A DNA stretch of 64,000 nucleotides from Minisyncoccota bacterium. Lineage in GTDB: Bacteria; Patescibacteriota; Minisyncoccia; Phycocordibacterales; Phycocordibacteraceae. Location of the stretch: contig DASPLI010000001.1 of assembly GCA_035627655.1 (NCBI GenBank), positions 601,605 to 665,604 of the forward strand. The letters run 5' to 3'. The position numbers and the translations under genes were made by a program. Positions 38,720 to 49,341 of this stretch are shown piece by piece; position 1 is the stretch's first letter, and every line of letters begins with the position of its first letter. Under the pieces are notes generated by a model. It saw nothing but the letters and a program-made list of their open reading frames with translations, was not told where the DNA came from and ran no database searches.

Positions 38720-38829
38720 GCACCGCTCCCAAGACCAGGAGAGCGCCCGCAGTGATGCGGGCGCTTTTGTCATGTTTTATACATGCGTCAAGGTTGGCCA
38801 TGGCCTAGATGGAGGGTATTATCTGTGTT

Positions 38830-39378
38830 ATGGCCCTTACTCCTCCGGCCCAGCTGGAAGCACTTCTCTTTGCCGCAGGCGAAGCGATGCCGAAGAAACG
38901 TCTTGCCTCGGTAATCGGGGTTTCGCCGGCACTTCTTGATAAAGCCATCGAAGCACTGCGTACGGAGCTTTCCGGTCGCGGATTGGCGCTAATTGAGACA
39001 GAGGACGCGGTTGAGCTTCGCACGCATGCGGACGCATCCGATTTGGTACGCAAGCTTCGCGAGAACGAACTGTCGCGCGACCTTGGAAAGGCCGGGCTTG
39101 AGACTCTGGCGCTTATTTTGTACCGAGGCAGCGCAACCCGAAGCGAGATCGACTGGGTGCGCGGCGTAAATTCCTCCCAAACGCTCCGCTCGCTTTTAAT
39201 TCGAGGACTTGTTGAACGCATGGAAGACCCCGAGGACAAGCGCAAGCTTCGCTATAAAGCAACCGTTGATGCGCTTGCGCACCTTGGCGTTACCCGAAAG
39301 GAAGAGTTGCCTGGCTATGATGAGCTCAACGCCTTGTTTACGGAACGCCAGACCGCAGCTACCGCTGAAGACGTATGA
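38830..39378 (+). CDS. scpB: Segregation and condensation protein B
   Basis: LEALLFAAGE, LETLALILY, TRSEIDWVRGVNS. Confidence 0.93.
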   Translation: MALTPPAQLEALLFAAGEAMPKKRLASVIGVSPALLDKAIEALRTELSGRGLALIETEDAVELRTHADASDLVRKLRENELSRDLGKAGLETLALILYRGSATRSEIDWVRGVNSSQTLRSLLIRGLVERMEDPEDKRKLRYKATVDALAHLGVTRKEELPGYDELNALFTERQTAATAEDV

Positions 39379-40334
39379 CCAATCTGAAAACACTCGTTTC
39401 TGAATACGAAAAACAGCGCCGCGCGCGCGAACGCTATCAAATGGCAGTCGCGCTCATTGCTGGCGTATGTGTACTTGGCGGACTCACGCTTGCTGCGTTT
39501 CGCATGCAGGAGCCCAAAGAGACGCCGCCCGTTGCCAAAGCGCCTACGCCAAGCGCCTTTGATACGGTCGAGCTCTCCGCAAAAGCAGCGATCGTCCTTG
39601 ATCTGACGACCGGGGAAGTGCTCTATGCCAAGAACGCCGAGGCACAGCTACCGCTTGCATCACTCACCAAGCTCCTGACGCTCTATGCAGCGTCGCAGAC
39701 ACTTTCTGAAAATACCGTTATTACAATGTCTGCGGATGCGCTTGCAGCAGATGGTGATACCGGCTTTACACAAGGAGAGCGCTTCACCTTCCGCGAGCTT
39801 GCCCGCATGGCTATCACTGCAAGCTCAAACGACGCGGCAGCAGCAATTGCAGAAGCAGCCGCTGACGCTGGTCATGCATCAAACGGCACGGCACTCCTTG
39901 CAAACGTTGCCTCCGCGCTTGGACTGACACAAACCTACGCGCTCAACGGCACCGGACTTGATGAGAACGGCACGATCTCCGGCGCCTATGGCTCTGCCCG
40001 CGATATCGCCGTCCTTGCCGGAGAACTACTCAAGCGCGCACCAGGAATTGCACGCGCCTCCATTGATCCGACTATTACCGCAAACTCGCTTGCTGGCCGC
40101 TCCTATACGCTTACGAATACAAATCCGGGCGTCGACCATATTCCCGGCCTTCTTCTCTCAAAGACGGGGTACACCGATCTGGCCGGCGGCAATCTCGCGA
40201 TCGTATTTGACGCGGGCATCGAGCACCCGGTCGCGATTGTCGTACTTGGCTCAACACGTGACGAGCGGTTTGTTGATGTCAATGAGTTGGTCGCCGCAAC
40301 AACCGCCGAGTTTGCCGGTCTGACACTGCCATGA
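39375..40334 (+). CDS. D-alanyl-D-alanine carboxypeptidase (S11)
   Basis: SLTK, SSN, KTG motifs; N-terminal TM. Confidence 0.9.
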   Translation: MTNLKTLVSEYEKQRRARERYQMAVALIAGVCVLGGLTLAAFRMQEPKETPPVAKAPTPSAFDTVELSAKAAIVLDLTTGEVLYAKNAEAQLPLASLTKLLTLYAASQTLSENTVITMSADALAADGDTGFTQGERFTFRELARMAITASSNDAAAAIAEAAADAGHASNGTALLANVASALGLTQTYALNGTGLDENGTISGAYGSARDIAVLAGELLKRAPGIARASIDPTITANSLAGRSYTLTNTNPGVDHIPGLLLSKTGYTDLAGGNLAIVFDAGIEHPVAIVVLGSTRDERFVDVNELVAATTAEFAGLTLP

Positions 40335-41389
40335 GTCTTGTTGATGCAGCGCGTGTACTGATTCCATTTGTCGCGACCTTCGCCGTCGGTATTGCGCTTG
40401 CACCACTTCTTACTAACTATCTTTACAAGCACCAGGTCTGGAAGAAGAAGGGAGGGAAGCAGGCGATAGACGGCACGGTTGCCGTTGAGTTCAACAAGCT
40501 TCACGAAGCTCGCGAATCGCACACCCCGCGCATGGGCGGCATTCTTATTTGGGGATCAGTTGTTGTCGTTGCTCTGTTGTTTGCTGTACTCGCGCTCATC
40601 AATAGCACTTTTTCTGATCTCGACTTCGTCAACCGCGGACAAACCTGGCTTCCGCTCTTTGCGCTTCTCTTTGGCGCCGGACTTGGCTTTATCAATGACG
40701 TGCTTGATGTCACGACGCCTGACGCCCGCGGACTTCCGCTTCGCATCCGCCTTTCCGCAATTGCCCTTGCTGCGGCAGCCGTCGCTTGGTGGTTCTATGA
40801 CAAGCTTGAAGTTTCTTCAGTCGGTATTCCATTCTTCGGTCCGCTTGAGCTTGGCATACTCTTTATTCCATTTTTCATCTTTGTCACCCTTGCCATCTAC
40901 GCTAGCGGTGTTATTGATGGCATTGACGGGCTTGCCGGCGGCGTCTTCGCAATCATTTTCATGACCTATGCCGGAATTGCGTTTGCCCAGGAACAGGTTG
41001 CGCTCTCAGCGTTTGCTGCAGCGGTCTCTGGCGGCATCTTTGCCTTCCTCTGGTTCAACGTCCCGCCAGCGCGCTTCTGGATGACGGAGACTGGCTCCAT
41101 GGCGCTCACGCTTGCGCTTACCGTGACGGCGTTCTCTGCAGACGTGCTTGGCGACGGGGTAGGAGTGGGCGTGCTCCCGATCATTGCGCTCCCGCTTACC
41201 GTGACGGTGGCGACCGTTGTTCTCCAGATTCTTTGGAAGAAGATCTTCAAGAAGAAGCTGTTTCGTATCGCGCCGGTCCATCACCACTTTGAAGCGATCG
41301 GCTGGCCGTCCTACAAGGTCACCATGCGCTACTGGATCATCACTATCATCGCGGGTGTGTTTGGCCTTGCGATCGCCCTGCTAAAATAA
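40331..41389 (+). CDS. mraY: Phospho-N-acetylmuramoyl-pentapeptide transferase
   Basis: TPRMGG, DGIDGL, FN..PA, APVHHHFE. Confidence 0.93.
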   Translation: MSLVDAARVLIPFVATFAVGIALAPLLTNYLYKHQVWKKKGGKQAIDGTVAVEFNKLHEARESHTPRMGGILIWGSVVVVALLFAVLALINSTFSDLDFVNRGQTWLPLFALLFGAGLGFINDVLDVTTPDARGLPLRIRLSAIALAAAAVAWWFYDKLEVSSVGIPFFGPLELGILFIPFFIFVTLAIYASGVIDGIDGLAGGVFAIIFMTYAGIAFAQEQVALSAFAAAVSGGIFAFLWFNVPPARFWMTETGSMALTLALTVTAFSADVLGDGVGVGVLPIIALPLTVTVATVVLQILWKKIFKKKLFRIAPVHHHFEAIGWPSYKVTMRYWIITIIAGVFGLAIALLK

Positions 41390-41393
41390 GGGC

Positions 41394-42500
41394 ATGCGGC
41401 TTGGATTCTCCGGCGATCGTCTCTTTTTCCTGATCGTGCTCGTGCTCGTCGTTGGCGGAATCGCCATGTTTGCCTCTGCATCCCTTGGTCTTCTTGCGCG
41501 TGCAGATGGTGCGCCCTGGCGGCTTGCGCTCACGCAACTTCTGCTTGGCCTTATCCCGGGCACGCTCGGGCTGCTTGCGCTTCGCTTTGCACCGCCGGCA
41601 TGGATCCAGAAGATGGTTGTGCCGGTCTATCTGGGAGCGATCATCCTGACGCTCCTCGTGTTCGTGCCGGGTATCGGTATGACTATCAACGGCGCAACCC
41701 GTTGGATTGATATCGGCTTTACGACCGTGCAGCCAGGCGAATTCTTGAAGATCGGTACGATTCTCATGCTTGCCTGGTGGCTCTCACGCGTGAAAGGAAA
41801 GCTGACTGACCTGACGAAAGGTCTTATCCCGTTTGGCGTCATTGTCGGATTGCCGTGTCTGATTCTGCTACTGCAGCCGAACACTTCGACCGTCATTATT
41901 ATTGGCCTGACATCAGTCGCGTTGTATTTCCTTGCCGGTGCACCACTCCGAGATTTGTTCTTGCTTGCGCTCATTGCGGTCGTGCTTGCTGCCGGCCTCG
42001 TGATGGCCCGTCCATATCTCTTAGATCGCGTAAAAACGTTTATGGATCCGTCTCGCGACCCACTTTCTTCCGGCTACCAGATCCAGCAGTCGTTGATCGC
42101 GATTGGTTCAGGCGGATTGGTGGGACGCGGATTTGGTCAGAGCGTGCAGAAGTTCAACTATCTGCCTGAAGCGCACGGCGACTCCGTGTTTGCCGTCTAC
42201 GGAGAGGAGTTTGGGTTTGTTGGAACTATGCTCTTGCTCGGACTGTTTGTCGCGTTTGCGACGCGTGGATTTGCGATAGCTGCAGGCGCCGCAACACTCT
42301 TTGGGTCCTTGGCCGCCACCGGTCTCACCCTTCTCATATCCTTAGCCGCATTTCTAAATATTGGCGCGATGCTTGCCATCCTGCCGCTTACCGGCCTTCC
42401 GCTGCCGTTTGTGTCCCACGGCGGTACGGCACTCTTTACGGCGCTGCTGTGCGTCGGCATCATTCTAAACGTGGCTGCACACCGCAAACGACGAACATGA
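41394..42500 (+). CDS. ftsW: SEDS family peptidoglycan glycosyltransferase FtsW
   Basis: GATRWI, QPGEFLK, GYQIQQS, LPEAHGD, PLTGLPLPFVSHGG; between mraY and murG. Confidence 0.9.
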   Translation: MRLGFSGDRLFFLIVLVLVVGGIAMFASASLGLLARADGAPWRLALTQLLLGLIPGTLGLLALRFAPPAWIQKMVVPVYLGAIILTLLVFVPGIGMTINGATRWIDIGFTTVQPGEFLKIGTILMLAWWLSRVKGKLTDLTKGLIPFGVIVGLPCLILLLQPNTSTVIIIGLTSVALYFLAGAPLRDLFLLALIAVVLAAGLVMARPYLLDRVKTFMDPSRDPLSSGYQIQQSLIAIGSGGLVGRGFGQSVQKFNYLPEAHGDSVFAVYGEEFGFVGTMLLLGLFVAFATRGFAIAAGAATLFGSLAATGLTLLISLAAFLNIGAMLAILPLTGLPLPFVSHGGTALFTALLCVGIILNVAAHRKRRT

Positions 42501-42889
42501 AAACCGTACGCAAAGCCGCAGCAATCATTCGAGACGGAGACCGCGTACTCTTGGTGAAAGAACGTGCTCCGTGGATGTACGGGTGCTGGAATTGGTCGCA
42601 GGGATCTATGGAGGAAGGGGAGGCGCCAGAGGAGACTGCGGTTCGTGAAGCGAAAGAGGAGACTGGTCTTGATACGCAGATCGTGCGCAAACTTGCCATG
42701 CTGACCGACACATTCCCAGATACGAGTGAGCTCCATGTATATGAGGTCGCTGTCACTGGCGGCGAACTTGCATTTCCGGAATGGGAAATTATGGAGTTGC
42801 GGTGGTATACGCTTGAGGAGCTTGCGGGTATGGAAAAAGAGTTCGCGGGTCCTTGGGTGGCTGAGGTGCTGCGAACTTTTGTGTTATAA
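42497..42889 (+). CDS. NUDIX hydrolase
   Basis: GSMEEGEAPEETAVREAKEETGL Nudix box; ATGA overlap with ftsW. Confidence 0.92.
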   Translation: MKTVRKAAAIIRDGDRVLLVKERAPWMYGCWNWSQGSMEEGEAPEETAVREAKEETGLDTQIVRKLAMLTDTFPDTSELHVYEVAVTGGELAFPEWEIMELRWYTLEELAGMEKEFAGPWVAEVLRTFVL

Positions 42890-42899
42890 TCCAAAAATC

Positions 42900-44045
42900 A
42901 TGAAGGTTGTATTTGCGGGCGGGGGAACCGGCGGACATTTCTATCCCATCATTGCCGTTGCCGAGGAGATCCGAGCTATCGCTCGCGAACGCCGACTCCT
43001 GATGCCGAAGCTCTACTACTTGGCACCCGCAGCGTTTGATCAAGAAGCATTGTTTGAAAATGAGATTCAGTTTGAAGCCTGCCCGGCAGGAAAGTGGCGC
43101 CGCTACTTCTCGCTCAAGAACTATGCGGACCTCCTCGTAACCGCAACTGGCTTTATCTGTGCCCTTACCGCGCTCTTCCGTATCTATCCGGACCTCGTGT
43201 TCTCCAAGGGCGGATATGCAAGTGTGCCGGTCGTACTCGCAGCCCGCGTTCTTGGCATTCCGGTCATGATTCATGAATCGGATGCAAAGCCGGGACGGGC
43301 AAACCTGATGGCCTCGAAGTTTGCGTTTCGTATCGGCGTTGCCTTTGATAGCGCAATTCCATTCTTCCCGAAAGCGGTGCACAGCAAGATCGCACGAACC
43401 GGCGTTCCGATCCGCCGCGCAATTGCAACACCAGAATCGGAAGGCGCTCGCCAGGAACTCGGTCTTGATAGCAGCGTCCCAACCGTCCTTGTCCTTGGCG
43501 GCTCTTCAGGCGCTACCGCTATAAATGACGTGGTCGTTGCTGCGCTTCCGGAACTTCTCCAGACTGCAAACGTTATTCACCAGACCGGAAAAGACAATAT
43601 TGAAGCGGTCGAGCGTCTCGCCAAAGTTGTGATAGAGAAGTCCCCGCATGCCGACCGCTATCATCCATTTCCATATCTCAATACGCTTGCCATGCGGCGT
43701 TCGGCAGGCGCTGCCGACCTCATCATTTCTCGTGCTGGCATCACGACGATTGCGGAGATCGCTCTCTGGCGCAAACCATCCATCCTTATTCCGATTCCGG
43801 AGTCGGTGAGCCATGACCAGCGCACAAACGCGTATGCCTATGCGCACACTGGCGCAGCAGTTGTCCTTGAGCAGGGAAATCTCACGCAGAACCTGCTCGT
43901 GTCTGAAGTACGCCGCATTCTCTCAGACGAGGCGCTTCGAAAAGAGATGGCGGAGAAGAGCGCAGCATTTGCCTCAACCGATGCAGCAAAAATCATTGCC
44001 GAGGAAATTGTTTCGATCGGCCTTTCGCACGAATCACAGTCATGA
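42900..44045 (+). CDS. murG: Undecaprenyl-PP-MurNAc-pentapeptide GlcNAc transferase
   Basis: GGGTGGHFYP, KGGYAS, HESD, GGSSGA, DQRTNA. Confidence 0.96.
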   Translation: MKVVFAGGGTGGHFYPIIAVAEEIRAIARERRLLMPKLYYLAPAAFDQEALFENEIQFEACPAGKWRRYFSLKNYADLLVTATGFICALTALFRIYPDLVFSKGGYASVPVVLAARVLGIPVMIHESDAKPGRANLMASKFAFRIGVAFDSAIPFFPKAVHSKIARTGVPIRRAIATPESEGARQELGLDSSVPTVLVLGGSSGATAINDVVVAALPELLQTANVIHQTGKDNIEAVERLAKVVIEKSPHADRYHPFPYLNTLAMRRSAGAADLIISRAGITTIAEIALWRKPSILIPIPESVSHDQRTNAYAYAHTGAAVVLEQGNLTQNLLVSEVRRILSDEALRKEMAEKSAAFASTDAAKIIAEEIVSIGLSHESQS

Positions 44046-45349
44046 ACGTCGTAACGCGTATCCCACCAAGCCCGACCGGGCACTTGCATATTGGAACGGT
44101 GCGAACCGCGCTCTTTAACTATCTCTTTGCGCGCCACCATGACGGCAAATTCATCTTCCGTAGCGAAGATACGGACAAGGCGCGCAGCACCCGACAGTTC
44201 GAAGAGGAAATCATCGAAGGCCTTGAGTGGCTCGGACTGACGCATGACGAGTTCTCGCGCCAAAGCGAAAACCTCATTCGACACCAGGAACTGCTGAAGC
44301 GACTTATCGACGAAGATACGGCCTACGTCTCGAAAGAAGAGAAGAAGGACGGATCAGGAGAAATGGTAGAAGTGGTACGACTTCGAAACCCCGGAAAGAC
44401 GGTTACCTTTGAAGACGTTATCCGCGGAGAAATTTCTTTCGATACGGCAGAGCTCGGCGATTTCGTCATCGCGCGCGCTATTGACGATCCGCTCTACCAC
44501 TTTGCTGTTGTTGCCGACGACATGGACGGCGGCGTCACGCATGTCATTCGTGGTGAAGATCATATCTCAAACACCCCGCGCCAAATTCTTATTCAGGAAG
44601 CGCTTGGTGCACCGCGTCCGGTGTACGCGCACCTGCCGCTTATTCTTGCGCCTGATCGCTCAAAGATGAGCAAGCGTCATGGTGCTGTCTCGCTCCTGGA
44701 GTACCGCGCAGAAGGATTTCTTCCGGAAGCGATCATCAACTATCTTGCGCTCTTGGGTTGGAGTCCGAAGAGTGACCGAGAAGACTTTACACTCCATGAG
44801 CTGGTTGAATCGTTTGATCTTGAGCACGTGCAAAAGTCTGGCGCCGTCTTTGATCGCACGAAATTCCTCTCGGTAAACCAGCGTTGGATGCGTAAACTTT
44901 CGACTGAAGACTTCCTCAAGCGCGGCGACTTTGGCGACCTAGACCAGGAACGCCTTGCGGCGGCTGCGCCACTTATGCAGGAACGAGCGCATACGTTTGG
45001 AGAAGCAAAAGCCCTCCTTGCCGGAGAGCTTGCCTGCCTGTTTTCAACCCCCAATCTGGACCGGGAGACCTTGCTAGAGAAGGAGCCGGCAGATGCTCCC
45101 GGATCTACCAAAGAGGCTCTGGGAGCCCTTATAGGGCTTATAGAAGGGCTTCCTGAGGGCGCTTCGGCCGATGAGGCGAAGGCCGTTCTCATGCCCTATG
45201 CGGACGAGCGGGGTAGGGGGGCGGTCCTCTGGCCGCTTCGCTATGCGCTCTCTGGAGCCCGTCAGTCACCGGATCCCTTCACGCTCGTCTCCATTCTTGG
45301 CATGAAGGAAAGCGTCAGTCGTCTTCATACAGCCCTTGGTATACTTTGA
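44042..45349 (+). CDS. gltX: Glutamate--tRNA ligase
   Basis: PSPTGHLHIG, THVIRGEDH, KMSKR. Confidence 0.96.
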   Translation: MNVVTRIPPSPTGHLHIGTVRTALFNYLFARHHDGKFIFRSEDTDKARSTRQFEEEIIEGLEWLGLTHDEFSRQSENLIRHQELLKRLIDEDTAYVSKEEKKDGSGEMVEVVRLRNPGKTVTFEDVIRGEISFDTAELGDFVIARAIDDPLYHFAVVADDMDGGVTHVIRGEDHISNTPRQILIQEALGAPRPVYAHLPLILAPDRSKMSKRHGAVSLLEYRAEGFLPEAIINYLALLGWSPKSDREDFTLHELVESFDLEHVQKSGAVFDRTKFLSVNQRWMRKLSTEDFLKRGDFGDLDQERLAAAAPLMQERAHTFGEAKALLAGELACLFSTPNLDRETLLEKEPADAPGSTKEALGALIGLIEGLPEGASADEAKAVLMPYADERGRGAVLWPLRYALSGARQSPDPFTLVSILGMKESVSRLHTALGIL

Positions 45350-45352
45350 GCA

Positions 45353-46603
45353 ATGAAACGCTTTGTTCTTGCGCTGTTGCTCCTTTTGGCAGTTGTAAGC
45401 ATACTGCCGGCTCCTACACACGCAGACACCGTTGCTGAAATCAAAGAGCAGATCGAAGAGATTAATCAGCAGCGCGCGGCGCTAAACGCAGAGATTGCGG
45501 AATATCAGCGGCAGCTTGGCGTTATTTCCGGACAGAAGCAAACATTGCAGTCTGCAATCCAAACAATCGACGTATCTCGCAACAAGACGTCTGCGCAGAT
45601 CAGGGATATTCAAGCAAAGATCTCTGCTGCAACTCTCAAGCTTTCGCAGCTTGCACTTGAGATCAACAACAAGGAAGACTCCATAGCACTTGATCAGGCT
45701 GCGGTCGCTTCTTCGCTCCGTAACATTCACGCATCTGACGATGTATCGCTCATTGAGCAGTTGTTTGCCGCCGACGACCTGGCGGACGCGTGGGTATCCG
45801 TCGACAACCTCGGCGCACTCAACCAAGCGCTCCAGTCGCATGCAAACGCGCTCTCAGAAGCAAAAACGCAGCTTGCCATGCAGCAGGAGGCGGTTGCTTC
45901 AACCAAGAACGAGCTTTCGTCGGCCAACGTTGATTTGAATAACCAAAAGAAGGCGCTCGACGTGCAGAAGGCGGAGAAGTCTACGCTTCTTTCGCAGACT
46001 CAGTCGCAGGAAGCGCAGTATCAGGCGCTTATTGCGCAGAAGCGCGCTGAAGAAGCAACATTCGAGGCAGCACTCTTCGAGTTGTCGTCGCAACTCAAGG
46101 CGGCGGACAATACGCTTGTGTCCGCACCAGGAAAAGGAGTGCTCGCCTGGCCGCTCGACTCTATCCGTATCACGCAGTATTTCGGTCGGACCAGTGACTC
46201 CGGCCGCCTCTATGCATCTGGTACGCATGACGGTGTCGACTTCGGCGTTGGGTCTGGCACACCGGTCAAGGCCGCACTCTCCGGTACGGTCATGCAGATC
46301 AATACCGGCGCAGTACAAAACTGTCAGTACGGGAAGTGGGTACTCATTCGGCACGATAACGGTCTTGCGACCCTCTACGCGCACCTCTCATCCATTTCCG
46401 TTTCTTCCGGAGAAACCGTTTCTACCGGCCAGGTCGTCGGCTACTCAGGCATGACCGGATATGCAACCGGTCCGCACCTCCACTTCACCGTCTATAACGC
46501 AAGCTCGGTCGCCTTCAAGCAGTACACGTGTAAGAGTGGTTACACCGTGACCGTGCCGATTGCACCACCAAACGGTTACCTTGACCCGATGTCTTATCTC
46601 TAA
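45353..46603 (+). CDS. Coiled-coil M23 peptidase (EnvC-like architecture)
   Basis: Signal peptide, long coiled coil, HDGVD, YAHL, TGPHLHF. Confidence 0.9.
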   Translation: MKRFVLALLLLLAVVSILPAPTHADTVAEIKEQIEEINQQRAALNAEIAEYQRQLGVISGQKQTLQSAIQTIDVSRNKTSAQIRDIQAKISAATLKLSQLALEINNKEDSIALDQAAVASSLRNIHASDDVSLIEQLFAADDLADAWVSVDNLGALNQALQSHANALSEAKTQLAMQQEAVASTKNELSSANVDLNNQKKALDVQKAEKSTLLSQTQSQEAQYQALIAQKRAEEATFEAALFELSSQLKAADNTLVSAPGKGVLAWPLDSIRITQYFGRTSDSGRLYASGTHDGVDFGVGSGTPVKAALSGTVMQINTGAVQNCQYGKWVLIRHDNGLATLYAHLSSISVSSGETVSTGQVVGYSGMTGYATGPHLHFTVYNASSVAFKQYTCKSGYTVTVPIAPPNGYLDPMSYL

Positions 46604-46605
46604 GT

Positions 46606-47085
46606 ATGGAAACGTACTCTGACATGAAAGAAGCTCCGTCCGCTGAGCGGTTGGAACTCGCCGCGCTTGAAGCTTCGGGCGAGTACGTCTTCCACGGATC
46701 AGGTGATGACCTAATTGCACTTGAGCCGCGGCAAGCTATTGATACAAAAAAAGGACCGGATGGCCCGCCGGCGGTATTCGCTTCAAATAAGGCAGATTAC
46801 GCTATTTTCATGGCTATTGTGAACAAAGAGAATTGCCCGCACGGGTCCCGTTCTCGGGCTGGCGCGCGTAGCGGGGTGCTTAGTTTTGGCATGACGCCCG
46901 AGACCGCTAAGCAACTGACGGACGAAGCAGGCGGTTATGTATACGTATTTGATAAGGCGCAGTTTACGCCGCGAGAGCGCGGCGGCGTAGAGTATGTGAG
47001 CTATGAGCGCGTGGAGCCGGTACGCAAGATCCGAGTCGGAAAGCGCGACCTGCCAGACAACATCACGCTCTTTGAGGGCGAATAA
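46606..47085 (+). CDS. Hypothetical protein
   Basis: FHGS...LEPRQ...VFA...GYVY pattern, loosely ADP-ribosyltransferase-like (uncertain). Confidence 0.7.
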   Translation: METYSDMKEAPSAERLELAALEASGEYVFHGSGDDLIALEPRQAIDTKKGPDGPPAVFASNKADYAIFMAIVNKENCPHGSRSRAGARSGVLSFGMTPETAKQLTDEAGGYVYVFDKAQFTPRERGGVEYVSYERVEPVRKIRVGKRDLPDNITLFEGE

Positions 47086-47162
47086 TTTTCCACACTTGAC
47101 CCTGCTGATATAACGCGCGACAGTACTAGAGCCACGGTCCAACTAGAAAGAAAGGAACCGTA

Positions 47163-47453
47163 ATGACTCCTAGTGCGATTGTGCGGATCATCGAAGGGTA
47201 CGAGGCGCAGCTCCTGGCTGCGAGCGTTCCCAAACAGAGGATGGATCCTTCACGAGCATTTTCCTCGCTCACGAAGGATGAAATCCTCGCACACGCTCAT
47301 TACCTGTGTGACGGCGCGAAAGTATTTGCCGGAACCGAAGGAAAGTTCGGTAAGGCAAATCGGCACCTCACCGCCATCCAGATGTGTCTTAGCTTTGCAG
47401 GCTGGTATACGCTTGCGGATCTTATGGAGCACAACCGCTCAACCCCTGATTGA
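47163..47453 (+). CDS. Hypothetical protein
   Basis: AAGGA SD, TTGACC upstream, terminator at 47459-47487. Confidence 0.7.
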   Translation: MTPSAIVRIIEGYEAQLLAASVPKQRMDPSRAFSSLTKDEILAHAHYLCDGAKVFAGTEGKFGKANRHLTAIQMCLSFAGWYTLADLMEHNRSTPD

Positions 47454-47504
47454 GCAAAAGCCGCCCCAGATAGGTCGGGGCGGCTTCGTTGTGCGCTACA
47501 TCTC

Positions 47505-47852
47505 TTAGACCGAACGCCGCACGAAGAAGCGTCCGATAACGTAGAAGAGCAGAGCGCCGATCGCGCCGTAGGTAACGGCGACACGCAGGAACTCGAGCGG
47601 CCATGGACAGATCCAAAGGCCCCAGACTGCCACCGGGATGGTGGCAAGTTCAAGCGTGATGCGAGCGGCATCGTTTCTGATGGGCGCGGTCTGACCGTGC
47701 GGAAGCACGCGTTCGCGGATCACGACTAGCAGGACGAATCCAGCAAGTCCGATCCACCAATACGGCGTAAACAGCAGGGCAAGCAGCCCGCCGATCCGCA
47801 CGGTCGGAAGAATCGCCAAAAGTAGGACATTGAGCACCGGGAACCTCCTCAC
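47505..47852 (-). CDS. Hypothetical membrane protein
   Basis: About 4 hydrophobic segments; converges on a bidirectional hairpin. Confidence 0.65.
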   Translation of the reverse strand: MRRFPVLNVLLLAILPTVRIGGLLALLFTPYWWIGLAGFVLLVVIRERVLPHGQTAPIRNDAARITLELATIPVAVWGLWICPWPLEFLRVAVTYGAIGALLFYVIGRFFVRRSV

Positions 47853-47896
47853 ATTGCTCTAAAAGCAGTATGCCATCAGATTTTACTTATGTCAAA

Positions 47897-48508
47897 CTAT
47901 GCGCCATCTCTGGTCCGCCAGAGTATGCGACATGCAACCGACCGATGTGGCGACCAACAACCGGCAATACGCTCAAGCTTTGCGCGTGGAGGATTTCGCT
48001 TCAAGCCATAGAGCATTTCCATGGCACGTACGAGGCCTAAGTCTCCAGGAGAAAAAATATCTGGATGCCCAAGCCCGAACATAAGGAACATTTCTGCGGT
48101 CCATGGGCCGATACCCCACACAACCGTAAGGCGTTCAGTGGCTTCTTCCGGGGTTGCGCGCCGTAGCGCAGGGAGGTCGAGTCCGTTTCGAATCGCTTTT
48201 GCAAGCTCCTTCAACGTCTTAGCTTTTGCAGCTGAAAGACCGCAGGCACGCATGCGGGGGAGTGAGATGCGGGAAATTGACTCTGGTGTCACCTTGCCGC
48301 CACACGCCTCCTTGAGGCGCCCCCAAATGGTGTCGGAAGCTTTGACGGACAATTGCTGGCTCACGATCGATTCGCACAGGGAAGCGAAAAGCTGGTCTCT
48401 GTTCTTTCTGGTATGCGGACGCAGGACATGCCGGTGCTTCAGGGCTGCCTGGTACAGGATGGGGTCAGCCTGCTTGAAATGGCGAAGGGCCTTGTCAAGG
48501 TCGGTCAT
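47897..48508 (-). CDS. DNA-3-methyladenine glycosylase II (AlkA-like HhH-GPD)
   Basis: IVSQQLS, GLS..K, GIGPWTAEM, GDLG, WSPHRS. Confidence 0.9.
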   Translation of the reverse strand: MTDLDKALRHFKQADPILYQAALKHRHVLRPHTRKNRDQLFASLCESIVSQQLSVKASDTIWGRLKEACGGKVTPESISRISLPRMRACGLSAAKAKTLKELAKAIRNGLDLPALRRATPEEATERLTVVWGIGPWTAEMFLMFGLGHPDIFSPGDLGLVRAMEMLYGLKRNPPRAKLERIAGCWSPHRSVACRILWRTRDGA

Positions 48509-48547
48509 ATTGCCTCATTCTACCTGCCCGCTATACTTTAGGTACAT

Positions 48548-48742
48548 ATGATACGACTTGTCATTTGGATCGTTGTCGGGCTTCTCGCCCTTTCCTTTTT
48601 CGGTGTCTCGCTTCGCGCGCTCGTTGAGAATCCGACAAACCAGGACAATCTTTCCTTCCTTTCCGATATGGTAGAGATGGGCTGGGACTACATCGTTGCG
48701 TGGTTTACGAGTATCTGGGAAGCAGCAACCTGGTGGTCATAG
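48548..48742 (+). CDS. Small membrane protein
   Basis: Hydrophobic N-terminus, LSFFG.SLR. Confidence 0.7.
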   Translation: MIRLVIWIVVGLLALSFFGVSLRALVENPTNQDNLSFLSDMVEMGWDYIVAWFTSIWEAATWWS

Positions 48743-48745
48743 ATC

Positions 48746-48991
48746 ATGGCTGACTCCAAGCAGATCGCGCTTCGTGTTTCTCCTGATTCTACTCCCGTTT
48801 TCGCAAACATCGCCCAAGTGAGCGTCTCTGATGAAGCGGTTGTGCTTCAGTTTGCGTATATCCGTCCCCATGAACCGGAAGGTCAGCTCTTGAGCGAGGT
48901 CGTGCTATCTCCAAAACACGCTATCGCATTTGGACGATCTCTCGACGCCACGATCAAAAAACACTTTACGCGCCATCTGACAGATAAGTGA
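48746..48991 (+). CDS. Small hypothetical protein (DUF3467-like)
   Basis: FAN...V......VLQF...VVLSPKHA pattern. Confidence 0.65.
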   Translation: MADSKQIALRVSPDSTPVFANIAQVSVSDEAVVLQFAYIRPHEPEGQLLSEVVLSPKHAIAFGRSLDATIKKHFTRHLTDK

Positions 48992-49104
48992 CAGTTAGTG
49001 ACCGGTGGGTGACCATATGAACTTCTTCATAAACCTTTCAGGAGGCCCGGTATACCCTCGAACGTGTTAGCGGCTTTGCGCTAACGCTCATAACCTTCAC
49101 GATC

Positions 49105-49341
49105 ATGACTAAGCTTCTTCTTGGAGCGCTTGCCGTCGCAGCGGCTACAGCGCTACCGACGTCTGCATTTGCGCAGGTCTTCGCCTACGTAAATACGACG
49201 GGTGAGGTGATGACTATGGACGCTAACTCGGCAAACGAGGCGCTTCTAACCGCACCGAACCTCCATGTGCGTAGTGGTGTGATGCTTGTCGACGATGCAG
49301 CAGATAATGCGGTCGTTGGCGACGACGTCCCAGGTACGTAA
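49105..49341 (+). CDS. Small secreted hypothetical protein
   Basis: Signal peptide ending AFA. Confidence 0.7.
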   Translation: MTKLLLGALAVAAATALPTSAFAQVFAYVNTTGEVMTMDANSANEALLTAPNLHVRSGVMLVDDAADNAVVGDDVPGT

